NCBI GenBank assembly: GCA_950097015.1
Contig: CATNEN010000024.1
Location: 5,084,001-5,148,000, forward strand
Direction of reading: 5' to 3'
DNA from: Macrostomum hystrix
Lineage: Eukaryota; Animalia; Platyhelminthes
Length of the DNA: 64,000 bases
The position numbers and the translations under genes are program-made. The notes beneath the pieces were generated by a model. It had not been told where the DNA came from and did not search any database. It saw nothing but the letters and a program-made list of their open reading frames with translations. This document shows, piece by piece, positions 1 through 12,800 of this stretch; position 1 is the first letter of the stretch, and each line of letters opens with the position of its first letter.

Positions 1-895
1 TCGTGTGCTTGCATTGTTCCATTCGGGTGCAGCGAAAAAAATTGTCACGGGGGAAATCCCCCATGGTAGTTCTACTGTTACTGTTTCTTTAGTAGTTCTA
101 AAGTTTAGTTTAAGTAAAAACTGTTTTACCAATAGCTGATAGCTATTTCTAAAATATCTAACTTTGTAATAGTTTTAAAGAAATCTTTTAGCTAGGCCTA
201 TTCTTTATAGACTTGTAATATAGTGCAATCTAAATTTCAATTGACCTCTAAAGTAACAGTACACTGTAGCCATTTTTAGTGTTAAATTATACTTACTATA
301 TATAATGATGAAATAATTTGTTTTCATGGTTTTTTTTGTTTTCTTTAAATATTTTTTTATTTGAATATATGAATGAATATGAATGAATGAATGAATGAAT
401 GAATATGAATATATATGAATATATGAATTAAATATTAAATATTAAATATCTAAGTATCATTCTTTTTCAATGTTTTAGCAATCAAGATTGTAGGCTAAAT
501 TGATTTTTTTTGAGGAAATAGCTTTTACATCTCAAACTGGGCAAATTATATTTAATTGTTTTAAAAATGTTTTCATTTAATATTATATAAATAGTTTTAC
601 CTCACAAAATATTGATCAGTCCTTTGTCATTCTCACTATATTTCAAACAATTTAAAATGTATTTTTAAAACATTTTTAATGTTCCTCTAGAGCAAGTGTT
701 TCATATAGGCAGTTGCCAATCAATGTTACTAGCACTGCATTGTTGTCTATTGACCTAAATTTCAGAATCAATTGTCAAATTGAGCATATCTGAAAAAAGC
801 AACAAAAATCTAACAGTTGATTGTACAGTTAAAAAAATTTGTGCCGAGACAAGGATAGTCCTTGGATTAATTTCACTGCATCTCCTGAGGCTGAG

Positions 896-3800
896 ATGTC
901 AAAACGGAATAAGACGCCCCTAAAGAGATTCGGCTATGACGATGCTGTCGAGGAGACTGCGCCAGTAAAGAAGAAGCGTCCCAGTCAGCAGGGTGGGGCC
1001 AAGTCATCATCTGTTGGTGGTGGTGCTGCTGCTGCTCCTGGCGCCGCCCCTGACAAACAGGCAATTTATAGCAAAGGCGACTTTATTGCTGTCAAGTCGG
1101 ATGATGGTATGAACTTAATACAGTAGCTACATATAACAATATATCAATAAGCCTGATTCTCATTTGAAATATAGGCAGCAAATAACTGTTAGATGTCGGT
1201 GGTGTAAGTCTGTAAAACTAACTGGCCCAAGTGGATTCTTAAAGGGATAAATGTATACTTTTTGGGACTCAAATGATATTGTGCAATTAAAAGGCAGACA
1301 TACTTCGAAGCTATGGTGGAACCACTGGGCTCGTTGTAGCTTAGTGCTTAGAATGTCGAACTCACAGGGTCGTGGGTTTGATTCCCGACTCCGTTGGAAC
1401 AGTTTGTGTTCACTTATCTCTGCATTGCTTCAGTTCGCCCAACTTTTAAATGGGTACCCGTATTAGCTGGGGTAATAGATGTCGAGCGTGGCGTCACCCC
1501 AGTCCATGGACTGAACAGCCTTACGCAGTAGCCTTCAGATGCGCTGTGCAATATCTGCGGCTGTGCTGTCGCCTGCAGGCCTGCACGTCTACTATTACTA
1601 TTATTATATTGTCAAGTCGCTTTCAATACAAAAAATCTTCAAATTTTTTTAGAAGCCGAAGACTTCTTTATTGGCCTGCTGGAGCAGCCCCTCCTGTCCA
1701 ACGATCAGGATGTTAGCGTATTCTGGCTCAAAACAAAAGACGGCCTCAATTACGAGTGGGAATTTCGCGACTCCGTCAATGCTAGAGCGATTGTCACCAG
1801 GATTAAGGTTTGCTCCAGGATTATGGGCTTCATGTTTTTTGAGGAGACAAAACTAACTCAATTGTCTGTGATTATTTAGGGGTCAAAACTGACGTCTCAT
1901 TTCTGAAACTGAGGAGTCATTTCTAAAACTAAGGAGTCATTTCTAAAACTGAGGAGTCATTTCTAAAACTGAGGAGTCATTTCTAAAACTGAGGGCTCAT
2001 TTCTAAAACTAAGGAGTCATTTCTAAAACTGAGGAGTCATTTCTAAAACTGACGGCTCATTTCTAAAACTAAGGAGTCATTTCTAAAACTGAGGAGTCAT
2101 TTCTAAAACTGACGGCTCATTTCTAAAACTGAGGAGTCATTTCTAAAACTGAGGAGTCATTTCTAAAACTGAGGAGTCATTTCTAAAACTGAGGAGTCAT
2201 TTCTAAAACTGAGCTGCTCAAATTCTGTCAAATAATGTCAAATTATTTCTAAAACTGAGGGCTCATTTCTAAAACTGAGGGCACATTTCTAAAACTGACG
2301 GCTCATTTCTAAAACTGAGGAGTCATTTCTAAAACTGAGGAGTCATTTCTAAAACTGAGGAGTCATTTCTGAAACTGACGAGTCATTTCTAAAACTGAGG
2401 GCTCATTTCTAAAACTGAGGAGTCATTTCTAAAACTGACGGCTCATTTCTAAAACTGAGGAGTCATTTCTAAAACTGAGGGCTTATTTCTAAAACTGAGG
2501 AGTCATTTCTAAAACTGAGGGCTTATTTCTAAAACTGAGGAGTCATTTCTAAAACTGAGGGCTTATTTCTAAAACTGAGGAGTCATTTCTAAAACTGAGG
2601 GCTCATTTCTAAAACTGAGGGCTCATTTCTGTTTCCGAGGTTTCATTCCTATAAGTGCTGTGTTATATTTATAACAGAATTTGCAAGCACGAGGGGTGAT
2701 TCGCAAAACTCCCCCCACCCTGTACCCGCAGTTGCGCAAGCTAAGCAAGAACAAATTTCGGCTGGCTGCGAAGACCAGGTCCTTCATTCTGGACAATGTC
2801 AAACGCTGCCAGAACGGCCAGGATCCGTTTGAGTTTCAAAGCGAAGAAGAAGATGATGATGATGACGATGATGACAATGCCCATCAGCATGTAGAAATAG
2901 TAGACGAGCAAGTAGTAGAAACGGCAGCCGATTCAGACGCTACCGTTGAGGTCCCAGCGCCTGCTGATGGCAGCAAGTTGAAGGCGGAGAATTCTAAGAA
3001 GCCGAATTCCACTTCTTCCGCTGCCAAAAAGCGACGCAAATCGTCTCCGTCGCCGGCTGCAGTGTCTGTGCCGGACGCAGCCGGTAGTGCCTCCTCGTCG
3101 GGCGCTTTGCCGACGTCGCCAACATCGGCGGCGGCTTCTCCGACGGCTAAAAAGCGCGCAATGCCTACGGCTTTGAAGAAGACCGCTAGTCAGCGCGAGC
3201 GCGAGAAACAGCAGCGCGATGAGGCCAAGCAGGAGAGGCGAGTTGAAAAACAGCTCGAGAAGGAAGCAAAGAAGCTGGAACGGGAAACTCAGCGACAGAA
3301 GGAGCGTCAAGAGCGGGATGAACGACTGGGAAAATGGACTCTGCAACCTAGGCAGTCCGTAGTGGTCATGGATAAGGACCCATTCTTCTCCGCGACTAGT
3401 CTGTGAGTTTGAGTACTTCCGGTTTGAGTTATTTGTGACCCACTGGATCATCAGGTGTGTCAATTTTGGCTCACTGGATCATCAGGTGTGTCAATTTTGG
3501 CTCACTGAATCATCAGGTGTGTCAATTTTGGCTCACTGAATCATCAGGTGTGTCAATTTTGGCTCACTGAATCATCAGGTGTGTCAATTTTGGCTCACTG
3601 AATCATCAGGTGTGTCAATTTTGGCTCACTGAATCATCAGGTGTGTCAATTTTGGCTCACTGAATCATCAGGTGTGTCAATTTTGGCTCACTGAATCATC
3701 AGGTGTGTCAATTTTGGCTCACTGAATCATCAGGTGTGTCAATTTTGGCTCACTGAATCATCAGGTGTGTCAATTTTGGCTCACTGAATCATCAGGTGTG

Positions 3801-6800
3801 TCAATTTTGGCTCACTGAATCATCAGGTGTGTCAATTTTGGCTCACTGAATCATCAGGTGTGTCAATTTTGGCTCACTGAATCATCAGGTGTGTCAATTT
3901 TGGCTCACTGAATCATCAGGTGTGTCAATTTTGGCTCACTGAATCATCAGGTGTGTTAATTTGGCTCACTGAATGATTAATTATGTCAGTTGTGACTCAC
4001 TGAATCATCAGGTGTGTCAATAATGGCTCACTGCATGGTCAGGTGTCATTTGTGACTCACTGAATGATCAGGTGTGTCAGTTGTGGCTCACTTCATGATC
4101 AATTGTGTCAGTTGTGACTCACTGAATGATATACTCAGTATTATATATTCAATATATTAGAATATCTTTTTTTTATTAGTAAATCAATAATTATATTAAA
4201 AACATTTGCACTTTTACAGTGAAGATTTGCCATTTGTGTCAGCTCTAAACTACAGCAAGTTGTTTATCACGGCGGTCCTGAATAACAATATGCCAATGTT
4301 AAATGCGCTATTCGCTCAAGTGGAAAAGGCACCTGCTGTAAGTCTTTTCATTATACTAACAGCAGCATTGAACAAATTATTTTTTTCTATTTAAGAGATT
4401 TCAGTATTCCTGTGACTCGAAATGTACTTTTGTGTTCACGTGGAACACAATTTATGCTTCAGGTATTCATTCAGCGATCCGTAGCAGTCCGCCAGAACGC
4501 CCTGTTAGCGGCGCTGACGTCGAACAATGTCGACATGCTGCGTGTCATCTTTGAAGAGGCCGGCAAAAGTCAAGCTAAGCGCCTGACAGTGTTAGACAGC
4601 TTGCCCACTTGCGATCTGAGCATGGACACTGGGGTTTACAATCCGCACTCGCTTGGTCTAGCTAGGATTCGGCGCATCAATGTTAGCCGCGGCTCGCGGG
4701 AGGGTAACAATGCTCTAACAAAGGATGCCGGGCATTCTAATTCATCTCTGTGCGATCCGGCCTTGATTTGGCGTCCCGCGGTTAATCAGGCCCTGAAGTC
4801 GCCCGGACTAACCATGTCTACGGTGGAGACCGTCTTCCACCTTGGCGGCGCGGAAGGAAACGTATGTTGAGCTGCGTAATCTGATAAATTTTGTTAGCAA
4901 AAAAAGTTTTCATGGTTCGTATAGCTCAATAGCTCATCTAGAGAGGTCATTGCTCATTCACGGAAGCCATAGCTCATCTAGAGGGATCATTGCTCATTCA
5001 CGGAAGCCATAGCTCATCTAGAGGGATCATTGATCATTCACGGAAGCCATAGCTCATCTAGAGAGGTCATTGCTCATTCACGGAAGCCATAGCTCATCTA
5101 GAGGGTTCATTGATAATTCACGGAAGCCATAGCTCATCTAGAGGGTTCATTGATAATTCACGGAAGCCATAGCTCATCTAGAGAGGTCATTGCTTATTCG
5201 CAAAAGCCATAGCTCATATAGAGGGTTCATTGATAATTCACGGAAGCCATAGCTCATCTAGAGAGGTCATTGCTCATTCACAAAAGCCATAGCTCATATA
5301 GAGAGGTCATTGCTCATTCACGGAAGCCATAGCTCATCTAGAGGGATCATTTGTAATTCACGGAAGCCATAGCTCATCTAGAGAGATCATTGCTCATTCA
5401 CAAAAGCCATAGCTCATATAGAGAGGTCATTGGTCATTCACGGAAGCCGTAGGTCATCCAGAGAGGTCATTGCTCATTCACGGAAGCCATAGCTCATCTA
5501 GAGTGTTCATTGATAATTCACGGAAGCCATAGCTCATCTAGAGAGATCATTGCTCATTCACAAAAGCCATAGCTGATCCAGAGAGGTCATTGATCATTCA
5601 CGGAAGCCGTAGGTCATTCAGAGAGGTCATTGCTCATTCACGGAAGCCATAGCTCATCTAGAGGGATCATTTGTAATTCACAGAAGCCATAGCTCATCTA
5701 GAGAGATCATTGTTCACCAAGATAGGTCATAGCTCATATTGAGAGGTCATAGCTCATATTGAGAGGTCATAGCTCATATTGAGAGGTCATAGCTCATATT
5801 GAGAGGTCATAGCTCATATTGAGAGGTCATAGCTCATATTGAGAGGTCATAGCTCATATTGAGAGGTCATAGCTCATATTGAGAGGTCATAGCTCATATT
5901 GAGAGGTCATAGCTCATATTGAGAGGTCATAGCTCATATTGAGAGGTCATAGCTCATATTGAGAGGTCATACTAGAGAGGCCATACCTCATCACAAACTC
6001 TCAGAATTCATTGGAAAGTTTCATAGCTCATTAGAAAATATCTTAGTCCATTAGAATATCCGAGCTTTCATTGGGTCACTAGAAAATATCATTAGTCCTT
6101 AGAAGATGTCATTGGAAAATGTCGCAGCTACTATACGAGAATGGGTCATAACCCGTGGTGTCAGCATTGTTATTACACTAAAATTCCATGGCAACTAAAT
6201 CCGTGCCGGTAATTCCAGTTCAAGTACAACAGACTATTCGACAAGGTCTTTCTAGTTCTTCGGCGCGGCAATCGAGCCCTAGCCAGCGGCCTAGTCGACG
6301 AAATGCTGAAACAGCCGCTGCAGAATGGCGGCTTCAGCTCGCTGCACGGCAAAGCGTTGCGCGCCGTCAAACCGGAGGATTTGGGCAAATTTCGAGCCAT
6401 CTCCATATCTAAGAGCGCCTTCACTAACAAGAAGGTTGGTCTAGCTATCCATTTCTATTTTTAGTGTTTTAACTATGCTCTCCGATGCAATATGACTGTG
6501 CGCCCCCAACTCTCCCAGGTGACTCCACTGCACTGCGCCGCTATAAATCCTAATCGGGCCATTCTGGACAGCCTGCTGCAGATATTCCCAGACTTTACTG
6601 TGGCCGACGAGCACGGCTGGAAGCTCATTCACTATGCGGCAGCCAATAGCGATCCAGGCTGCCTGGCGCTGCTCCTGGACCGCGGCGTCTCAATCTACGA
6701 GGTGTCACGTGACGGCATCCTGGCCTTGCACGTGGCTGCCAAATGCGGCCGCGCGGAAGCTGTCCGCCTACTGCTAGCCGAAGCTCTCAAACAGAAGAGA

Positions 6801-9800
6801 AAACGCGAAGCCGAACTCGTTGTTGCCTCTGCCGCCGCCGCCGCCAGTCGGAAGGGCAACGCCGCGGGCGATGATAACGACGAGGACGTCGCGACCGACA
6901 AGGCCATAGATGACAGAGTCGAGTTGAGTTCACCCGACGCTGCTAATACTGCTGAAGCTCAAGATGATGACATTGTTGAGGACAGTGCTCAATTGACTGA
7001 GCAGCGCTGGGGCCTGGCCGGTGTTAATAGGCCTAACAGGCAGACGCACACACCGCTGCATTTAGCCGCGTCTGGCGGCCACGCCTCTGTGCTGCGAGTG
7101 CTTGTGGAATTCAAGGATAGCATTGGTGAGGCCGCTTGGAATACCAGCTGTTTTGGGACGGGGTTTAGAGTAACCAGACGTAGCCAGTATCCAAAATCTG
7201 TTGGGATTAATCTAAATCTGATGTGGTCATCCTGAATCTTATCTGGTTATCCTGAAGCTGATGTGGTCATCCTGAACTTTATCTGGTTATCCTGAAGCTG
7301 ATGTGGTTATCCTGAATCTTATCTGGTTATCCTGAAGCTGATGTGGTTATCCTGAATCTTATCTGGTTATCCTGAAGCTGATGTGGTTATCCTGAATCTT
7401 ATCTGGTTATCCTGAAGCTGATGTGGTTATCCTGAATCTTATTTGGTTATCCTGAAGCTGTTTTGATTATTCAGAAGCTGATGTGGTTATCCAGAAGCTG
7501 ATGTGGTTATCCTGAAGCTGTTGTGGTTATCCAAAATCTGTTGTGGTTATCCAGAAGCTGTTGTGGTTATCCAAAATCTGTTGTTTTGATGAGGGCTTGC
7601 TATCCATAAGCAGTTCGGGGTATCCATAACCAATGTTAGTTATCAGAAGGCAGTCTAGAGTTTCAATTGCAAAATGTACCATCTTCAGGCTTGTCAGTGA
7701 ATGTACCGACCTCGGCTAGTCGCAACAAGCTGACCGCTTTGCACTTGGCCAGCGGGGCTGGTCACCTGGACTGCGTTAGACTGCTGGTTGAACAGCTGGG
7801 CGCTGACACAGAGTGTCAGGACCGCTTGCGCAGGACGCCTATTACCCTCGCTGTGCTGAATGGGCACACTCAGGTAATGACCTGTGGGTTTCTTACACTT
7901 GGGATTGCAATCCAATTTGGGAGATATCGTGAATCATGTATAATAGAAGTCGTGACTCAAATACCTGACCCAAGAATCAGTCAGATCCATAACCGAGCAT
8001 CAGTCAGATCCTGACCCAAGCATTAGTCAGATCCTGACCCAAGCATCAGGCAGATCCTGACCCAAGCATTAGTCAGATCCTGACCCAAGCATTAGCCATC
8101 CTGACCCAAGCATCAGTCAGATCCTGACCCAAGCATTAGCCATCCTGACCCAAGCATCAGTCAGATCCTCACTGCCTGCACCCCAGGTCGCGGCCTATCT
8201 GCTGCTTCGCGGCGCCAACCCGAACCGACGCGACAGCTCCGGAAACAGTCTGCTGCACTATGCCGCCGCGTACGGTTGGTACCACTGCGTCCGCCTGCTA
8301 TTGGAGCACGGTGCCCGGCCCGGCTGTCTAAACGATTGGAAGCTTTCCCCGCTGTCTATTGTATTCCTGAAAGGTCACATGGGCCTTGTGCCGCTGATTG
8401 TCAAGCAGCCGGGAGTTGATATTGACGCCGTTGACGACAGCGGTCGCAGCCTGCTATTCATGGCCTGTTCCAGTCGCCTATCAGATTCGCTATTTAAACA
8501 GGTGCGGCATCTGGTTGAAGAGATGCGCGCCTCTGTTACACTGACTGACGCCGATGGCAACACTCTGCTGCATATGCTGGCCGCGAACCAGCCCCACTCT
8601 GAGGTGAGTCCATTCCACGCCATTGTAGGCTAGTCTTGACTGTTCAGTGCCATTCATCTTTGACTGCTCAGTGTCATCTTTAACTGTTCAGTGCCATTCT
8701 TGACATTCTGGTGCCATTCTTGACAGCCTGGTGCCATTCTTGACAGTCTGGTGCCATTCTTGACAGTCTGGTGCCATTCTTGACAGTCTGGTGCCATTCT
8801 TGACAGTCTGGTGTCATTCTTGACAGTCTGGTGCCATTCTTGACAGTCTGGTGCCATTCTTGACAGTCTGGTGCCATTCTTGACAGTCTGGTGCCACTCT
8901 TTTCAGTCTCGTGTCAAACTTGGCATCACCCCCCAATCCATCGAACATCAGGCCGATGATTCAGCAGAACGTGCCGCTCGGGCCCTCTGCAGCCTGCTCC
9001 TCGCCCGCGGCTGCGACCCCAACCGGGCCAACGAGGCCGGCCTGCGCCCGCTAGACGTGGCCCTTTTAAATCACAACTTTGTCATCCTTCGCCGACTCTC
9101 TGAAAGCAGCTCCAGCGGTGGCGAGAAGCTTCGCCTAGCTGACTGGTGCGAGGATGACACAGAGGAGACGACACTGCATAAGCTGGCCGAGCAGTGCGTT
9201 GAGCACGACTTTGCTGGCGTTCTGGGCGATCTGGTTAAACTGGTCAGTGGTTTTCACATTTCTATTTTTTCCTTAACTTTTAGATCTTTTTTTTGGAAAT
9301 AAAGATAAATGCAGGTGGAAAACCAGGTGGGACTCGGGGTGGGTGCTAATGGATAGACTAGGTGGTGATTGGGGTGAGTGCTGATGGATAGACTAGGTGG
9401 TGATTGGGGCGGGTGCTGATGGATAGACCAGGTGGTGATTGGGGTGGATGCTGAAGGATTGACCAGGTGGTGATTGGGGTGGGTGCTGATGGATAGACCA
9501 GGTGGTGATTGGGGTGGATGCTGAAGGATTGACCAGGTGGTGATTGGGGTGGGTGCTGATGGATAGACCAGGTGGTGATTGGGGTGGATGCTGAAGGATT
9601 GACTAGGTGGTGATTGGGGTGGGTGCTGATGGATAGACCAGGTGGTGATTGGGGTGGATGCTGAAGGATTGACTAGGTGGTGATTGGGGTGGGTGCTGAT
9701 GGATAGACCAGGTGGGAGATTGGGGTGGGTGCTGATGGATTGACCAGTGCAAGAATGATGTGAATGCGAAGGTAGATAATGGTGTCACAGTTATCCACGA

Positions 9801-12800
9801 TTGCCATTCGATTCGTTATCCCATCTGTGGCCACTCAAGCCCGAGAATCGAGAACTGCTGGAGCGCATGGCAAACCAGCGGGACGCCAAGCGTGGCTACA
9901 CCTGCCTGACCATCGCCCTGCTCAAGTACCTGAATGTGTTCATTTTGCACAGCTCCGCTGCTGAGAAGAAGGTGCCACATAAATTTCTTATTGCTTTTTT
10001 CTCTCCTTTGTTTGTGATTGGCTTTAATTATATAACTGAGTTGTTTATTTTTTACATGGAAATCCAGTCTTCAATGTCCAACAGTGGAATAAAGTTTATC
10101 AAACTGCTGCTAGATCTGGGCGCCGATCCTGGAATAGCGGTCAAGCCGCGCGACTGCAAACCGACCACCCGTGAGTTGTTTTGAATATTTGCATATTTCT
10201 AGAGAGGTTGTAGCCTTGTGGTTGGAGCGTCGGACTCACGACTTAAAGGTCGGGGGTTCGATTCCTGACTCCACTGGAACAATTTGTGTCCTTTAGCAAG
10301 ACACTTAACTCTGCATTGCTTCAGTTCACCCAGCTGTTAAATGGGTACCAGCATCAGCTGGGATATTTGAAGGTGGGTGTGGCGTCCCCCCAGTCCATGG
10401 ACTGATCAGCCGTACGCAGCCTTCAGATGCACCGCGCAATAGCTGCGGCTGTGCTGTCGGCTGGACATCTGGCCCAATGGGACAGGTGTAATAAATCATT
10501 ATTATTTAATTAAATTTTTTTTTCTAGAATGTGTATCGTAGGTTGTCCCCGTCGGAAAACACATATTTGATTATTATTCTATCATTATTTACCCGCTTGT
10601 TTAGCCAAGCGTTTTACCGCCCCGCAACGCCGCCGCTCCGTCTGCTATTCGTCGGCCTTCCTAACCGACCGACGAGCCGGCCTAGGCAAGCTGGGCCCCG
10701 GCGACAGCGCCCTGCTGGTTGGCGCCACCGTCGCCAGATACGACTCCGGCCGCTGCCTGGAGCTGCTGCTTCGCTCTAGTCGAGCCGCTGTCGCCCTCAA
10801 TGCCTACCAGAGCGCTGGTCGCACAGTTCTCCAGGAGCTAGTCCTAGCCGGTCATCTGGAGCCGGCTGTGCGCATTTTAGTCCGCGCCGGAGCCGATGTT
10901 AGCGCCACCTCGCGCAGTCCGATTGATCGAGGCGAGACCTGCCTGATGTCCGCTCTGCGCCTGCTGCACTCGGCGCCAGAGAAAGATCCGGCCGCACCAG
11001 CGGAGCATCAGCAACAGCAGCAGCCGGTGCTTGCCACTGTCAAGCTTCTATTGGAAAATGGCGCCCCGCTGAGCGCCATTGAGGATCGCCTTAGCAACAC
11101 GGCCCTGCACCTGTTGGCCTGCTCGCCTAGGCGCACCCTGGAACTGGAGGCGGTGCTAGACGAACTCCTGCGTCACGCCGGCCCAGACATGGTCAACGCT
11201 GCCAACGGGCAGGGGAGGACCGCTCTGCACCTGGCTGTGAACTATTCACACCTGTCAGGTGAGTATTTTATGTACTAAATTATTTGGTTTATAAAGAGCC
11301 ATACAATCCAATTTACAGTAGCGAAAACGCACAATGATTCTGTGTTTCACACAACTATCTCAAGTAATTATATTACTAGGCGTAAACATGAAACCACATA
11401 GTAAATACCAAATTCACATATTTTTACATGTCAATCATATAACTGGTCATACAATCATATAACTGGTCATACAATCATATAACTGGTCATGCAATCATAT
11501 AACTAGTCATTCAATCATATAACTAGTCATGCAATCATATAACTGGTCATGCAATCATATAACTGGTCATGCTATCATATAACTGGTCATGCAATCATAT
11601 AACTGGTCATGCAATCATATAACTGGTCATGCTATCATATAACTGGTCATGCTATCATATAACTGGTCATACAATCATATAACTAGTCATACAACCATAT
11701 AACTGGTCATGCAATCATATAACTGGTCATGCAATCATATAACTGGTCATGCAATCATATAACTGGTCATGCAATCATATAACTAGTCATGCAATCATAT
11801 AACTGGTCATACAATCATATAACTAGTCATGCAATCATATAACTAGTCATGCAATCATATAACTAGTCATGCAATCATATAACTAGTCATGCAATCATAT
11901 AACTGGTCATGCAATCATATAACTGGTCATGCAATCATATAACTGGTCATACAATCATATAACTGGTCATGCAATCATATAACTGGTCATGCAATCATAT
12001 AACTGGTCATGCAATCATATAACTAGTCATGCAATCATATAACGAGTCATACAATCATATAACTGGTCAAGCAATCATATAACGAGTCATGCAATCATAT
12101 AACGAGTCATACAATCATATAACTGGTCATGCAATCATATAACTGGTCATGCAATCATATAACTAGTCATACAATCATATAACTGGTCATGCAATCATAT
12201 AACTGGTCATACAATCATATAACTAGTCATGCAATCATATAACTAGTCATGCAATCATATAACTAGTCATACAATCATATCACTGGTCATGCAATCATAT
12301 AACTAGTCATACAGTCATATAACTGGTCATGCAATCATATAACTAGTCATACAATCATATAACTGGTCATGCAATCATATAACTGGTCATGCAATCATAT
12401 AACTGATCATGCAATCATATAACTGGTCATGCAATCATATAACTGGTCATGCAATCATATAACTGGTCATGCTATCATATAACTGGTCATGCTATCATAT
12501 AACTGGTCATACAATCATATAACTAGTCATACAACCATATAACTGGTCATGCAATCATATCACTGGTCATGCAATCATATAACTAGTCATACAGTCATAT
12601 AACTGGTCATGCAATCATATAACTAGTCATACAATCATATCACTGGTCATGCAATCATACAACTAGTCATACAATCATATAACTGGTCATGCAATCATAT
12701 AACTGGTCATACAATCATATAACTAGTCATGCAATCATATAACTAGTCATACAATCATATAACTGGTCATGCAATCATATAACTGGTCATGCAATCATAT

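Noticed and set aside
46-72. GC hairpin gggggaaatccccc followed by gtagt as a Helitron 3' end
   Set aside because: It lacks a CTRR terminus, occurs once, and lies at the window edge.
10205-10275. tRNA genes at 1327, 10205, 21890 and 53400-53620
   Set aside because: A and B boxes are present, but the acceptor stems are not intact and each continues into a shared SINE body.
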